Positions 49,701-63,700 of a stretch of 64,000 nucleotides of DNA are shown here, piece by piece. Source of the stretch: Mytilus trossulus (lineage: Eukaryota); assembly GCF_036588685.1 (NCBI RefSeq), contig NC_086381.1:33914001-33978000 (forward strand), given 5' to 3'. The notes beneath the pieces were generated by a model, which did not search any database, was not told where the DNA came from, and saw nothing but the letters and a program-made list of their open reading frames with translations. Position numbers and translations under genes: made by a program. Position 1 is the first letter of the stretch, and each line of letters begins with the position of its first letter.

Positions 49701-52700
49701 CGCGGAACCCTTACAAATTTTCATGTAAATAACTGTCAGTATGTACATAAATATGAATTATAAAGAAAGCAATCACGTTTCGACACCCATTTACCAATAT
49801 AAAGCATGTAAATACAAGTAACTAAAGAAATGTAAGATTCATAACAAGCTAGAAAACAAAAATGTTATTGGAATGCCACATGTTGGCCGAATTTCGTAAC
49901 ATTAAATCGGCAACTGTCAATTTGCTGGGAATGACGTAACGTTTACAAAAAAGGTACTGCCGGCGTTATTTAACGTTCACAACAACATACATATTTTAAA
50001 ACAGATATTCACATGCAGTATTATGTATAGCAAGGAAGAAATATTACATCTGTGTCTGATACTATATGAGAAATCTATCATAAAACTTTTGATTTTATCT
50101 TCAAATTGTCAAAGTGAGGGGTTATTAAGCCATGAACATTGAATAGGGATAGAACCTAAGAATTTGGCAATGGTAGCCCACAGCTAAAATTTTGTAGCCC
50201 ATATATATATAGTCCTATACAAGAAAAGCAGAAATTTCAGTAGCCCATACCAAATTTAAGGGGCCATGGGCCTGTGGGTCCCTGTTAATTTCATACCCTG
50301 TTTAATAGTTCATACATGTTGATTATCCATTTTTAGTAGGATATAGTTGAACTGGTTGTGATTGAAAATTGTCTGTATTTCATTGTACATTACCTTTAAA
50401 ATTATGATTTATTTTACCAGATGATGAAATGTTTGATGATTTATCAGAAGGCCTTGTTCGTAAGAAGGATTGGATGTTTGAAAAATATCGCAGTTTAATT
50501 CTTGAAGAAAGTATGGTAAGTATGTCCTTAAAAAATTAAGAAATACATTTAAGACCATAAGCATGATAAGATTTGTTAAAATTTGAATATTTAGTTTGGA
50601 TTTTTGACCAGACTAAGATGTGTAATACTTGCAATACCACTATTGTGAAAAGGTGATTTAGTTGATGAATATGTAGTTTAAACTTCTTTCCAATCAATTG
50701 ACTAATAAAATTTGGTTTTGATAAAGAATGGACAGTTACATAGAGAATGTGGTGGTGGTGTTACAGCACTTCTATGAAATCATGCAAAAAAAATCATTCA
50801 TTGACTTGCTTGCGATATTTGTTTGGATGTTTGTTTACTATTTACTGGAATTTGATTGGACAATAAGTGTAAAATTCATTTCATGTCAATTCTTATTGTC
50901 CAATCAAATCCCAGTATATATAAAAACTTACTGAAACTCTGCATACCTATTGTTTGCAAACAACCAAGCAAACATATCAAGCAAGTTGATCAATGTTTTG
51001 TTTTGCATGCTTTTTTAGAAGAACTATAAAACAATTTACCTGGAACATTGGTTTAACATCTCAGTGTAAGTGAATAACCTCAATAAATTAATTGTGTTTT
51101 CCAATACTAAGGTATCAATCAGTGCATATCCAACAGATTTAGTGTAAAGAAGTCATGAACAGGCTGATAAATCCATGTCCTTGTAAAAATGCAAAATACA
51201 AGAAAACAGTATGGCAGGATGAAGGATTATATGAACTTGCTGTGTATACATGACAATTAATATTTAGCTATGGTTTAAAACAACTATTTCAACCATAGAT
51301 TATTCTATAAAAAAAAAAATCACATGCAAAATTCTATCAGAAATATGAAATACAGAAATATGGAACAGATGGTTTGATTTACTAAAATGTACATTTGGTT
51401 TGTGATTAGTAAAGTTTGGTGTTTAATTTACAGAGGGAAAAACAGACAGCTGAAATAATGATGATACAAAAAATGTTGAATGAAGATCTCAAAGAAACAC
51501 TAGAGGACGAAAAAAGGGTTATCAAAAGAAATCCAGGTATAAAAAAAAAGGAAAAAAATATTCATTTTACCAAATAAAAAATCTTTTAACATATTTCATT
51601 AAGAGGCAACTTGAAGTTAGTTCACATGCAGATAAATACTAGGACATTTTATATGGCAGAATGAAAATATCTTGAAGAGTTTCTTTGTCATATAAGTATT
51701 TTAGTACATAACAATATTATAAGTATTGTAGGGATGACTTAAGCATGAAGATTACTCTCACCCTACACAAGAGATCAACATCAACATGGGTAGAAAGAAA
51801 ACTCGAAAAGAGAAAATAAAAAACACCAATAAGCAGAAGCAAGCATTACACCCATCCTATAAAAGCAAAGGATATTGAGTATTAATCCATGACATAAGTG
51901 CACAGGAAAATAACACTAAAAGCAAAGGAACAGCACTTTTGTTGTTCTTCTTCTTCATGTGAAAGTCACATTGAAGCCTTCAACAGGGAGGAAAAAAAAT
52001 AAGTTTGAGTTACAGTGCAATAAGAATAGTTTCACTAACTCCGTAAGAGCATATAATGTTCCAAAACTGGCCAAAAGTAAGCTTGAATTATATGAAAATT
52101 ATAAATGAAATACGCTAGTGTTCAAAACATTTATGATAGCAACATTCTTTATATTGTAGATGAGTTTGATCCAATGCCAAGAAAATATTTGAAATTAGAG
52201 CCTGGGACAGATGAAAGCCCTGATATCAAATTTGATCCAAACAGTATTCAAATCAAACGTGAAAGGGTCCAAGTTCCCTCCCCTTCTACTCCTACTCCTT
52301 TGATTAAGAAGGAAAGTTTTGAAAGTGACAATTCCAGGCCTTCAACGCCAAAATTCAAACTGGTCATCAAATCAAGTGGTCAAGGATACTCTAGTTCAAT
52401 AACGGAGGAAGAAATAGAGCAGACTAATGTCTTAGAATCAAGTGACACCAAAGATATGAATTTTATGAGTGGTATTCATGTAAAGGAGGAACAAATAGAT
52501 ATAGATAGTGATGATGTGCCATTAGATAGGACACTGGAACCATTTGAATCTTACTCACGAGACAGAAACAGTGAGTCTAACATTCATTCGGATGATCTCA
52601 TCGATGATGGTGCTGATAGTGATTCTGACGTCACTGTTGTTAGTGATGATGACGATAATAAGACAAATGATGCTATTGTGATAGACGACGATGATGATGA

Positions 52701-53427
52701 TGATGATAATCATGAAGAGGACGAGGACGGTGATAATGAGATGGAGGAGGATGACAATGAAGATAATAGTGAAAATTCTAAGGGGGATAATTTTGATGAA
52801 ATTATGTCTCGAAAATCTTCTGTTGAACCGGTTATCAAGCATGAAGACATATCAAATGATGACTTCAATGACTTTTTCTCAAACAAGTATGAGTCAGGCT
52901 CATCAGAGTTGTCATACTATACAAGGACTACACAACAAAATCCCTTAACGGCTGATAATATAATATCTAGTTTAGCATCAGTAGATCAAATCTCAAATGA
53001 TGTATCATACTCTCAAAATTCAGATGCTCATTCGGCTCATAATTCAGATGCTCATTCTACACAAACAATTCCATACAGTGAGGACGGAAACTCAATAAAA
53101 GACGAGGACTTGAGTAATGACGTGGACTACAATAAGTCTGCGTCATCATTCGCACATTACGAACCCATCTCATCACCGGAAGCTGACCAAAGTGAATCAT
53201 TTTCTAACTATTTACCTCAATATGATTCATCATCATTTAATTTAGGTGGTATTAGGGATCAACATTTACGTTACGGTTTATCAAACCCAACGAGGGAAAG
53301 CTTATCAAATAATCACATGACAGGAAGTGAATCATGGGAAGAGGAGATGGAGGAAGAATCAGAAAATGCTGACAAAATTAAGGCAGAGATGGAAAGTGCA
53401 ATAAATTCTATACTTAGTCTTAATTAA
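40750..53427 (+). CDS. BICRA: BICRA/GLTSCR1-family subunit of the non-canonical BAF (GBAF) chromatin-remodelling complex
   Basis: Phase-consistent GT-AG exons: 40750-40787, 41155-41185, 41640-41914, 43332-45373, 46005-46357, 47001-47240, 48172-48296, 48736-48884, 50421-50515, 51434-51536, 52160-53427 (4719 nt, 1572 aa). A long Q/S/T/P-rich region precedes a GLTSCR1 domain (DTKTPFRNQRDTYRRLLRYHVFQ...DDEMFDDLSEGLVRKKDWMFEKYRSLILEESMREKQTAEIMMIQKM...NPDEF). An acidic tail ends in ESAINSIL, similar to the terminal motif of vertebrate BICRA/BICRAL as I recall it. It may be co-orthologous to both. Confidence 0.88.
42694..42953 (-). mobile_element. Short HINE-like element in a BICRA intron
   Basis: The minus strand starts TTTTTATGCCTCATTTATGGGCAT, has a short (GTCT/GCGT) tract, and ends GGGGCATCCATGTACTTTGGACACATTCTTGTTT. 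A longer decayed relative lies at ~56760-57356 (+). Confidence 0.65.
46761..46905. repeat. 29-bp minisatellite, 5 copies (ATGTTCTTCTATAGATCGTGCTGTAGAGT)
   Basis: Tandem array visible directly, ~95 bp upstream of a BICRA acceptor. Confidence 0.95.
47862..48057. mobile_element. PIF/Harbinger-type MITE in a BICRA intron
   Basis: TIRs GGGCTATTCCAGAAAAAAT / ATTTTTTCTGGCATAGCCC with a perfect TTA TSD (47859-61 and 48058-60). Confidence 0.88.
49150..49716 (+). mobile_element. HINE-like non-autonomous element in a BICRA intron
   Basis: 5' TGTCGAGCC...TCGACTTTTGACGA block and a CGT microsatellite. Internal tandem units start ATTCACTCTGTGGTTAAA (49224, 49416). The 3' end has GGCGAGACA plus the hairpin GGGTTCCGCGGAACCC. 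Confidence 0.75.
50768..51022. repeat. Fold-back (palindromic) element in a BICRA intron
   Basis: Inner arms 50843-50867 and 50892-50916 are complementary at 24 of 25 positions around a 24-nt loop. Looser outer arms lie at ~50768-50838 and ~50952-51022. Confidence 0.75.
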
Positions 53428-56400
53428 TTGTGAAGAATTTTTTTTCTATTTTTAAAGGTTGTGTTTCTTGCAGAAAATTTGTACATAATTTAATTTATTA
53501 CAACAACTTGCATGTATATTATGTTTTTTTACTTTATTGTGCACTTCTGTAAAACATAAAAAAAATCAAACTTAAGGACTGTTCAGCATATCTTAGTATC
53601 TGCAAAAAGTGATTTTTCATAAACATGATAAAAATTATGTACTAAAAATAAAAAGGAGAAAAACTTATGTATTGTATCTTTAACTATCTCCAAGTTGTAA
53701 ATATTATCCCCTTAAATGGCAAAAAACTGTCTCCCATTCATTATTGTTTAAAAATACAGTATGTGAATTTTGTTGTATTCATGGTAACATATGACAGACA
53801 CCATGACAAATATAGATGATGTCACAATACAAGCACATGGTGTTGCATTAAAATATTTTTGTTTTTTTCTAAGAAATTTTAAAGTGGAAAGTTTCTTTGT
53901 ATATCAATATTTGTTCATCTAAGGTGAATTTTTGGGTTCAATCGGCTACACGGTAGTACAATTTCAATGTCATGGGTAAATAAAAGATGTTATTGTATCC
54001 TGTGGTCAATTTAGTATACACCACGTGGCTATTTGAATGTCGTTACTGCATTTCACAAACTTACCTGAAAAATATTGGAGTCACAAGAAAAATGTCTGAT
54101 GGCTAAAATCAAAAGTGATTGTTGTTGACATCAATAGTCCAATTGTCACAAATTTCCAAATAGAAATAAGGTCTGTATGTACGTAACATACAATCTATCA
54201 ATTTTTGTCCGTCCAAAAAAAAATAGAGATTTTTATATTATTTATTACTCATAAAGCCAAATGCTTAAATTTCTTATGGCTTAAATTTTCAACAATAAAT
54301 GTTTACTACAATTATGATACTCAGACTCATTTAAATGTTTAAAAAAAAAATTTTTAACTTTTGATACAGATTTTGCTGTTAAAGCATTTAGACATTTTAA
54401 AATAGAATGTAATTATCCTAGGGAGTCCTCAAGATCATTTGAAAAATAATTGTTGAAATCTGTAATTTTTACTTATTAAAATTTTGCAATTATTCAATAT
54501 TGTAAAAGAATTACTACTTCATCACAAGCCATGACAAAAGTTTGCTGAAAATAGTTGCCAATTTTTACTTTATATGTAGTGCTAGTGCTTTGTAGAATTC
54601 ACAGTTATTCTGTTCGTTCAAATCCATTTTATATTTAGCATTCTTTATTCACTTTCTAGTTATTGCAAAAAGGTTGACAGGGCACTAACAGATTTTGTGA
54701 TTTGTATTTATATGTTGTAATATATTTGCCTCTGTTATTTTTCATGGGGTTTTAATGTAGGCAGATATGAAAATGAACAAACACTATATTCTGTATCAAA
54801 TAGGTTCTCAAAGAAATGTTTGAATTATGTATTGTATTTTTAACTTAATTCAGAAATAAGGGTCAAGACTGGAATTTAAAAATAAAAATGACATTTTTTG
54901 AAAGTGTGAAATTTACTAATAACACTAACTCGAGCAATTTACATACACTGGTAAATTGCATAGATATGATATTCAAATTTTCTAGACTTTAGATTTGCCT
55001 AAAATACATTTTTAATAGATAACTAACAAGGAAGACCAGAATGTATTAAAAAATTCAAAAAAAAAAATTCTTGGAAATTGTGATAACAAATCTGTATTTA
55101 TAAATGATTTAATAAAAAAAAAAAATGTTTATGGTTGTTTGAGCAAACAAAATTGAAAAGAACTAACAAAGTTGTGAGAAAAAAAAATTAAGCAGACAAA
55201 TTATTTTGTAAGTATTTAAAAAGAAACTTACAAAATACTGAATTTAAAGTTTTCATTTCTGTTTTACACTAAAAAGTGCAATCTGGAACAACCCATATCC
55301 AGTAAGCCCAAAACAAAAGCATTGTAATTCAAATACATAAAACATATGTAATGCACTTAAGGTATCCTACACTTAACTTAATTTACTTTTTTAACATGTA
55401 CATAAATGCCCTGGACCTTTTTGTATTGTGTATTACCAAAGGCCATTAAGTTACAAATGTGAAAAAGAATTGCCAAAACTATTGATAATGTGAAATAAAT
55501 TATATTATATATGTCAGATTCATTTGTCATTATTTATTTTTTAGATTTATTTTGTAATTTTGTACTGAACGCTGAATGTTCTGCGTAGTCAATATTCATT
55601 TGTTAATAATACACCCATATTTTCATGTTTTTGTAGAGTTGTCTACCTTTAGCCATACATATAGGATTGTTTAGATTGGTGCTTTAAAAAGATATTTTGC
55701 AATTCTATTCTGCTTAATCCATTCAATTTATTCTTCATGAATCAGTTATGATTACTTTAAAATTACTAAATTAGTGCATTCTTAATAGAGATATGAATTT
55801 ATCAGTTTTAAATTTACATATATGGCCATGGTTTGAAACAGGACAACATGAAGGAATTCTATTTGAGTCAAAACTTTTTCTCATGTTTAACAATAAGAGG
55901 AACCCGTATTATTTCCATTGGCATTACAGAGAATTTGGCAAGGCATTATTGGAAACTAGAATTAAAATTTTATTGTGTAAAAAAAGTTATTGCTATTTTA
56001 ATTTCAAAATAGTCATCTTGCAGGAGGTAGGCATGTTGGTTGACTCAATTGCAAGGAATGAGAGGAAGATAATATTTCACATAAATTTTGAATTTCATGT
56101 TAAAAGAATATTTCAGTAAAATAACGAGGTATTAATTAAGATAGTTGTTTTTCCGTTTGCAAGTAAATTCTGTTAGTAAGAGATCTAAACCAAAGGATAT
56201 CTGTATTTTAGTATAAAAGGCTACTCTGGTATTACTTTTTGTATATATTGATAAACTAATAGAAAGAAATATTCGTTTTGCTGGTCAAATTTTATGAAAA
56301 AATGGGGTTTTAAATCTGATATAATGAAATTTGTAATTATATTGCCATTTTATAAAGAATTGTGCTATGATTTGAAGAAATCCAATGACAGATGTACTTG

Positions 56401-58332
56401 CATCCCACCAAATAATCAATTATTGACCAATCAAAACTGCTGTATTTATTGCCATCATGTCATGTGTTGTTATTGTTTATGTCACATTGTGCTGCATATC
56501 ATGTCAAAATCTGTTGAAGAAACATTTGTATAAAAAACAGGAAATAGATTTTTGTTTTGTCTTTTTTTTTTTGTCTTTTTAACAGATTGATGTATATCCA
56601 TTGGCTTAGGTTTGAAAAATTTCCGAACTAACTGTTAGGTACATGTGCACATGTTAAATAACTGCTAGTGCATATAATATACTTAAGTTCCTGGTTTAAA
56701 GGAGGAAACGAGCTTGCATTAACATATTACAACATATGATTTATAATGAAACTGTAATTTTCTTATGCACCTCTAACAATTGTAGGTAGCATTATGTTTT
56801 CTGGTCAGTCATTCTGTTCATTTGTCTATGCCTTATCAGGTGAAAGTTTCAGTTTGTAAGGATGTCTTTACCATGAAGTTGTGGTCACATTAACTTGAAA
56901 TTTGGTACTGGAACACATGTTTACTATGATCTTAACTTTTGAAAATAAATGCCATTTTGAGGTTTCAACCACAATTTCCTGGTTTGCTGAACATAAAATA
57001 GTTAGTTTGTAACCAGTACATTCTAATGTTAAAAGTTTCTGGTTAAGGTGGTTAACCATTAATTTGTGGTCACTTCAAATTCATTACACATATTCATAAG
57101 TATATGTGTTTATTGAAAATAACATGTTCACTGTACATGGCAATGTGATTGTGTGAAACCAATACATTCTCAGGTGAAAGCTTTTGACAGTTTTCCATGA
57201 AGCTGTGGTCATATTTAAGTTAATATACATGTCCATTATGATGATCATATTTAAATTTTGTGGCAAATTGCTGTTTTGACCCTAATTTTACATTTCATAG
57301 CACTTTGATCTCTGATAGTTCCAGCAGGGCATGGTGTCTTATGGACACATTCTTGTGGAACTGGCAATTTTATTGAGTTTTAGTCTTGACTATGCATTTT
57401 TGACCACTGTACATTGAGTAGTCATCATCAATACATATTAATCAGAAACCACAGATATCATCTACTTCAGAATCATTCTTTGTAAGGATAAAAAAAAAAT
57501 GAGAAATGCATTCACATGGATTTACATTATTTTTACCTGCATCACAAAAGCTGAAAGTAGATCTAGTAGAAGTTCTACTCCTTGTAGCAACTTACCTTTT
57601 GCCAATAGTTTGAATTGTTTAATACAGACAATAACTTGTGTTTAAGGATGTACCTAGGTAATCTAAGGTAAAATTAAATGAATCAAGAATTCCAAATTGA
57701 TACTTTAAGCTGGAAGAGTATTAGTTAAGGATCAAAATAAGCTAAAAATATTTAGGTCATGGAGCTCCTTTTCGAAATATTAGATTTATAAATTATGGTG
57801 GAAAAAGGCTGACTTAAACTTTTACCTTATATTTGCATAGGTATTATTTAGGTCTCAAATCAAAAGAAAGAAAATAGAGAATCTGCTTAAATTATGTCAC
57901 TTGACCTAAAAAAAAAAAAAAAGGGGGGGGGGGCTCCAGTCATGCTTCAGTGATTCCCTATATAATCAATCAAATTTTTTCCACGAAAGGGGGGACCCCC
58001 CTGGATCCACCTATGTTATGCAGCAAAATATTTTACCTTGTACCTTAAGTGTATGGATCTCTCTGAAATTATACTACAAGGTTTCTTACTACAATGGAAA
58101 GGGTACAATTGAGTTTTGGTGGTTCTTGCTCTAAGGGGGTATAAATAAGTTCAGGCCCAAATAAGAATTTTTGTAGTTTCCATTCAAAACTTGTTTTTAA
58201 GTGTATAAATCTCTCTGAAATTATACCACAAATTTCCATACTACAAAGGGATGATTTAGGGGTGGGGTTATGGCTCAAATAATTTAGAAAAAGGGAGTAC
58301 AAGGGTTATTCTGGTTAAAGGACATTTTAGAC

Positions 58333-60793
58333 AATTTAAAAACAGTGTAAGGGAGGTATTCCAATTCCATTTAAAGAATACTGTTACAAATACTTTTGAT
58401 TACCTCCCTTACACTGCTTGAAGTTATTGTTGCAAACTCCATTAGAAATTTGAATTGGGATTATTTTTGAAATAGTGGAAAGGGTAAGTAAAAAAAATTG
58501 GGGAAGGGGGGTACAATTTTTCTCATTTGAGATTTCAGAAATTAAAAAAGAAAATTTCTTCAAATATTTTTATTTTGAGGGGATTAATATTCAAAAGCAA
58601 AAAAAAAGCAAGTTCATTAGACCACATTCATTCTGCGTCAGAAACCTATCTGGTGTCAACTTTTTAATCACAATCCAAATTCAGAGCTGTATCCAGTTTA
58701 GTGTAGTGTCATTACTTGTCCAAACTGTTCAGGGTTTGACCTCTGTGGTCGTATAAAGCTACACCATGCGGAGCATCTGGTTAAAATGCATGTTATCCAT
58801 ATTTTTTATCTTTAAATATGTTGTTACTTATGCTCAAACACTTTTATCACAGTAAATGAAATAAGCAGCAGTAAAGCAATTTTGTTAGATGCGTAAAGGC
58901 TTGCATCTTCTAGGTATAGTATAGAAATGCTAAGTTAAGCACAAGGTTTAATTTTTAGGTCGGAAGTACTGTAGTTCAAAAGTATGTGTCAGAAACTCGT
59001 GCAGACATAAAATGGTAATATTAGTAAGTACAGACCAAGAATCGTCATTAGTCCAACATGAATGTTTGGGGGATGTAGTTTGATAGAAGTTTTCCGCTTG
59101 GTAAATTTAAACTGACAAATGTACCAGTCAACTCTTGTGCAACTGTACAAACATAAAAGTATTGAACATAAGCAATTATGGACACAGCCTTTATAAAGAG
59201 TAGTTTAAAAGCAGCATTTCATTTTCGAAAAATATGTTGTTATTTTTATTCCCCTTAGTTTTCTATCCTTTTGCATTTCTTTATTCCAAATTCACACTAT
59301 ATACATTGATGCCATATAAAAAAAAACTCAAAAGAATGGACATTAAGGTAATATTAAGATTGCAGTTATCTTTCTTTGTTCATACGTGTATTTTGACCAA
59401 CAACAATGATGGACAAAAGAAGATATTTATAATTCCAAATATAGTCGGTCATTGATATAACAATGTTTAATTATTATTCTGAATGCAATCTTTGTCCTTA
59501 AGTGCTCCACAAACATTTTGTGTTCAGTTGGTATTTGCATTCTTCTGTTAGCTGTTTGAAAAATTTAAAAACAGTGTAAGGGAGGTATTCCAATTCCATT
59601 TAAAGAATACTGTTACAAATACTTTTGATTACCTCCCTTACACTGCTTGAAGTTATTGTTGCAAACTCCATTAGAAATTTGAATTGGGATTATTTTTGAA
59701 ATAGTGGAAAGGGTAAGTAAAAAAAATTGGGGAAGGGGGGTACAATTTTTCTCATTTGAGATTTCAGAAATTAAAAAAGAAAATTTCTTCAAATATTTTT
59801 ATTTTGAGGGGATTAATATTCAAAAGCAAAAAAAAAGCAAGTTCATTAGACCACATTCATTCTGCGTCAGAAACCTATCTGGTGTCAACTTTTTAATCAC
59901 AATCCAAATTCAGAGCTGTATCCAGTTTAGTGTAGTGTCATTACTTGTCCAAACTGTTCAGGGTTTGACCTCTGTGGTCGTATAAAGCTACACCATGCGG
60001 AGCATCTGGTTAAAATGCATGTTATCCATATTTTTTATCTTTAAATATGTTGTTACTTATGCTCAAACACTTTTATCACAGTAAATGAAATAAGCAGCAG
60101 TAAAGCAATTTTGTTAGATGCGTAAAGGCTTGCATCTTCTAGGTATAGTATAGAAATGCTAAGTTAAGCACAAGGTTTAATTTTTAGGTCGGAAGTACTG
60201 TAGTTCAAAAGTATGTGTCAGAAACTCGTGCAGACATAAAATGGTAATATTAGTAAGTACAGACCAAGAATCGTCATTAGTCCAACATGAATGTTTGGGG
60301 GATGTAGTTTGATAGAAGTTTTCCGCTTGGTAAATTTAAACTGACAATGTACCAGTCAACTCTTGTGCAACTGTACAAACATAAAAGTATTGAACATAAG
60401 CAATTATGGACACAGCCTTTATAAAGAGTAGTTTAAAAGCAGCATTTCATTTTCGAAAAATATGTTGTTATTTTTATTCCCCTTAGTTTTCTATCCTTTT
60501 GCATTTCTTTATTCCAAATTCACACTATATACATTGATGCCATATAAAAAAAAACTCAAAAGAATGGACATTAAGGTAATATTAAGATTGCAGTTATCTT
60601 TCTTTGTTCATACGTGTATTTTGACCAACAACAATGATGGACAAAAGAAGATATTTATAATTCCAAATATAGTCGGTCATTGATATAACAATGTTTAATT
60701 ATTATTCTGAATGCAATCTTTGTCCTTAAGTGCTCCACAAACATTTTGTGTTCAGTTGGTATTTGCATTCTTCTGTTAGCTGTTTGAAAAATT
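58333..60793. repeat. Near-identical tandem duplication, unit 1229/1228 bp
   Basis: 58333-59561 is repeated at 59562-60793, giving identical ORF pairs (58475/59704 and 59234/60462). The only difference I noticed is a 1-bp indel (CTGACAAATGT vs CTGACAATGT). Confidence 0.97.
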
Positions 60794-63700
60794 ACCAATT
60801 CTATTTTTCAAGAAATCTTGTAGAAATGGCTTTTCCAGGATGTCACAACTACATTTATTATAAGAATCTTTGGGATCTCAATCTAATTAAACTACGGATC
60901 CTGTGCCAAATCATAGGTTCAAGCATTTATTGTAAGCAGCACTTGGGCACATATTTGTAGTTTAATCAAATTTTAAAGGATCGAGAACAACCAGCTGGAA
61001 ATTTTGTATAACCTCAACTTAAAAACAGATATGAATTGAAATCTTTAAAAATATATATGTATGTATAATTTTCAGAAGAAGAATAAGACCCAATATGGCC
61101 TTATCAACATTGTCTCATATTTTGATGTGGAGTGTGCTGTGAGAATGCATTGCTGATCGGGAGGTATTCATAGCTTCTCATAATGCCACCCAGGTTCCTA
61201 ATGACCTGTTTGAGAAATTGCTTGTTTGTCATTTCTCTCTGACACTACATGGCTTATCTTCACGAAACATAACAAATAAATTGTGTATGGAAGGTTCTTC
61301 GTTAAAATTACGCATTTCATTTGCAATACACACCAAATATGGTCATAAAAGGAGAGTGACCATTGTTGTTACTGTTCTAGAAGAATTGTGCAGGCTCTTA
61401 GGCTGTTTATATTCTTGACTTTGACGACTTTTGCTCAAAAGGATTCAAATGTATGACTATGTTCATAAGTACACTTTTCTTTACACTGATTAAATTTAAA
61501 TATATTTCAAATAATACCACAGTTTGAAGAAAAGTTCTTGTTGTTCAATGAAAAGGAATTCAAGAGTTGTCCCTCTTTACACCATATGGTAGAAATGCCA
61601 TTTTATCAAAAACACCTTTTTATTGTGCCGGAGATAAAGCACGGTATTATGCTTAAAAGTTTAAAATCTTTTATAAACAATAAAACATATGGAGTTTAAA
61701 CAGGTTAAACTGTTTACACTTTGTTCCATAGATATACTATATAGTAATACAATTAAATTATATGTGTTGTGTATTAAGCTCCATGTTAGCCCATTTAGTG
61801 GTAACACCACATCTTCGTTATATATAGAAGTTCCAATGTTACCATAAAAATAATTACAATATAAAACGTCGTCGGGTATATAAAACTGACCATGATTCTA
61901 CTCAGGTGCACGAAAACTGTACCTTAAACCCCAATTTGCCACAGGCAAACCATTTTGCATAATTTAACAGATGAACGACGCGTTCCTCTGAAGGAACGTA
62001 AATTAATATATAGTTTCTATATTCTTAGTGTTTATAATTTCTCTGGTAACAGGAATGTTGGTTTATGGAAATAAAGATACATTCGACAATTTAAAGCAAA
62101 TGGCCATAGTCCACCGTTAACAGGTACAAAAAGTCAGTCACTGCTCTACCACAGTTTTATTTTTAGTGTGGAAACAAATCATGAATGGACTTTTAGCTTT
62201 TCAGTACTCCAAAATGTGGTGTTCGTTACTAAAAACACAAGTTTAACATTTGAAGGCAATTTTCAGATTATTTGTCCGGCGTCACCCCAAATGGAATTTG
62301 ACCTCGGGTATACTGATGGACCGAGATTATCCGACTGATTTACGCCAAAACCCTCCCTTATCCCCAATTACCATAAACGTTGTGCGGGCTTTAACAAATT
62401 ACATTGTACGACCCGTCCCCTGCAATGAACGTAAATGATTGACCCGTATTTAGGGTTGCACACGCCTATCCCCAAAATATCCCATCGGGAAGAAAATATT
62501 CATCTCGACGTTCCCGAGGATTCATCCCAACTGTCGATATATTTCATACAATAGTCAATATTTTAGCTCCCTTCATCATCTCACCGACTTTTCGAATTCA
62601 TTTTCATGGCAAATTCATTTTGTATCATACATTTCATTCAGAACGCCTCTATATATAGCCCTGTTGTGCTGCTGGTTCGTATACCACTAACAATATTAAT
62701 GTCTAACGACGGAGATATTGATGTACAAGACTAAGTTTCTGTATGAATTACCGTGACTTTTACAGAGACCAACAATTTGGAAGTTAAATTCATCTAAATG
62801 TGTTCAACCCTAGTACCAAAATTAAAAGACCATCACTTGACACTGAGCCTACCCATAAATACACATCTGTTCGAATTTGAAAAAAAAACCATCTTCGTAC
62901 ATTACAAACTTTGGTCATAAATATGGTAAAAAGTCGTTTATGGAAAAACCCTTTCAGTAACCGAGCTATGTTAAAATATATAATGCTAACGGCTACACCT
63001 GATATGTCTATGTTACCTCATTAAGTGAAGCTTATCATACCTGCCAAAGCAAATTAGATCATTTGACTAAAACTTAGTTTACACCAAGTATTACCATATC
63101 CCCAACGATGTTTAATGTAGATTTTAAAGGTTTACTTAAAGGCAATCATTTGTCTTATAAGCATCAAAATTTTTATATACAATGTTTTTCAATTTTTATT
63201 TACGGCTTAAAAGGCCTTTAGAGTATCAATAGGAATTTTTTATAGTGCTGTCACTGTGAAACCCGACGTTTTACTGTCAATTTCTTCTATAAACAATTAG
63301 TTGATTAAATTCAGCATAGTTGTCATGTAGATTTATCTAAGTTAATGTAAAATGAGGGCTGAAAGTCAAACCATTTCGTGTCGGATTGCCAATAATGACC
63401 CGCTAGTTATCCAATCATGTTTATCTCTGGGATTTTAGTCAAATATGTTCATATTGATTCAAATCACTTAATCAAAATTGAAATCCGATTTTATATATTG
63501 ACTGATATTGCACCTGGTTTTCACATGGGAACGTAAATATATTATTTAGTAGAACTACTGAAAACTTCTATGTAATGTCAAGGTTCTATATCGGTCATAA
63601 AACAGTGAAATTGTTCAGATTTTTTACCCCCTCTTTTCCCTTCATAGCTATTAAAATAATGAAAAACGGGCATTATACCCCTCCCACCCAGACAAATTCT

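Noticed and set aside
58475-61418. Short ORFs in and after the tandem duplication
   Set aside because: They derive from repeats or AT-rich sequence, with no motifs or exon chain; their identity only reflects the duplication.
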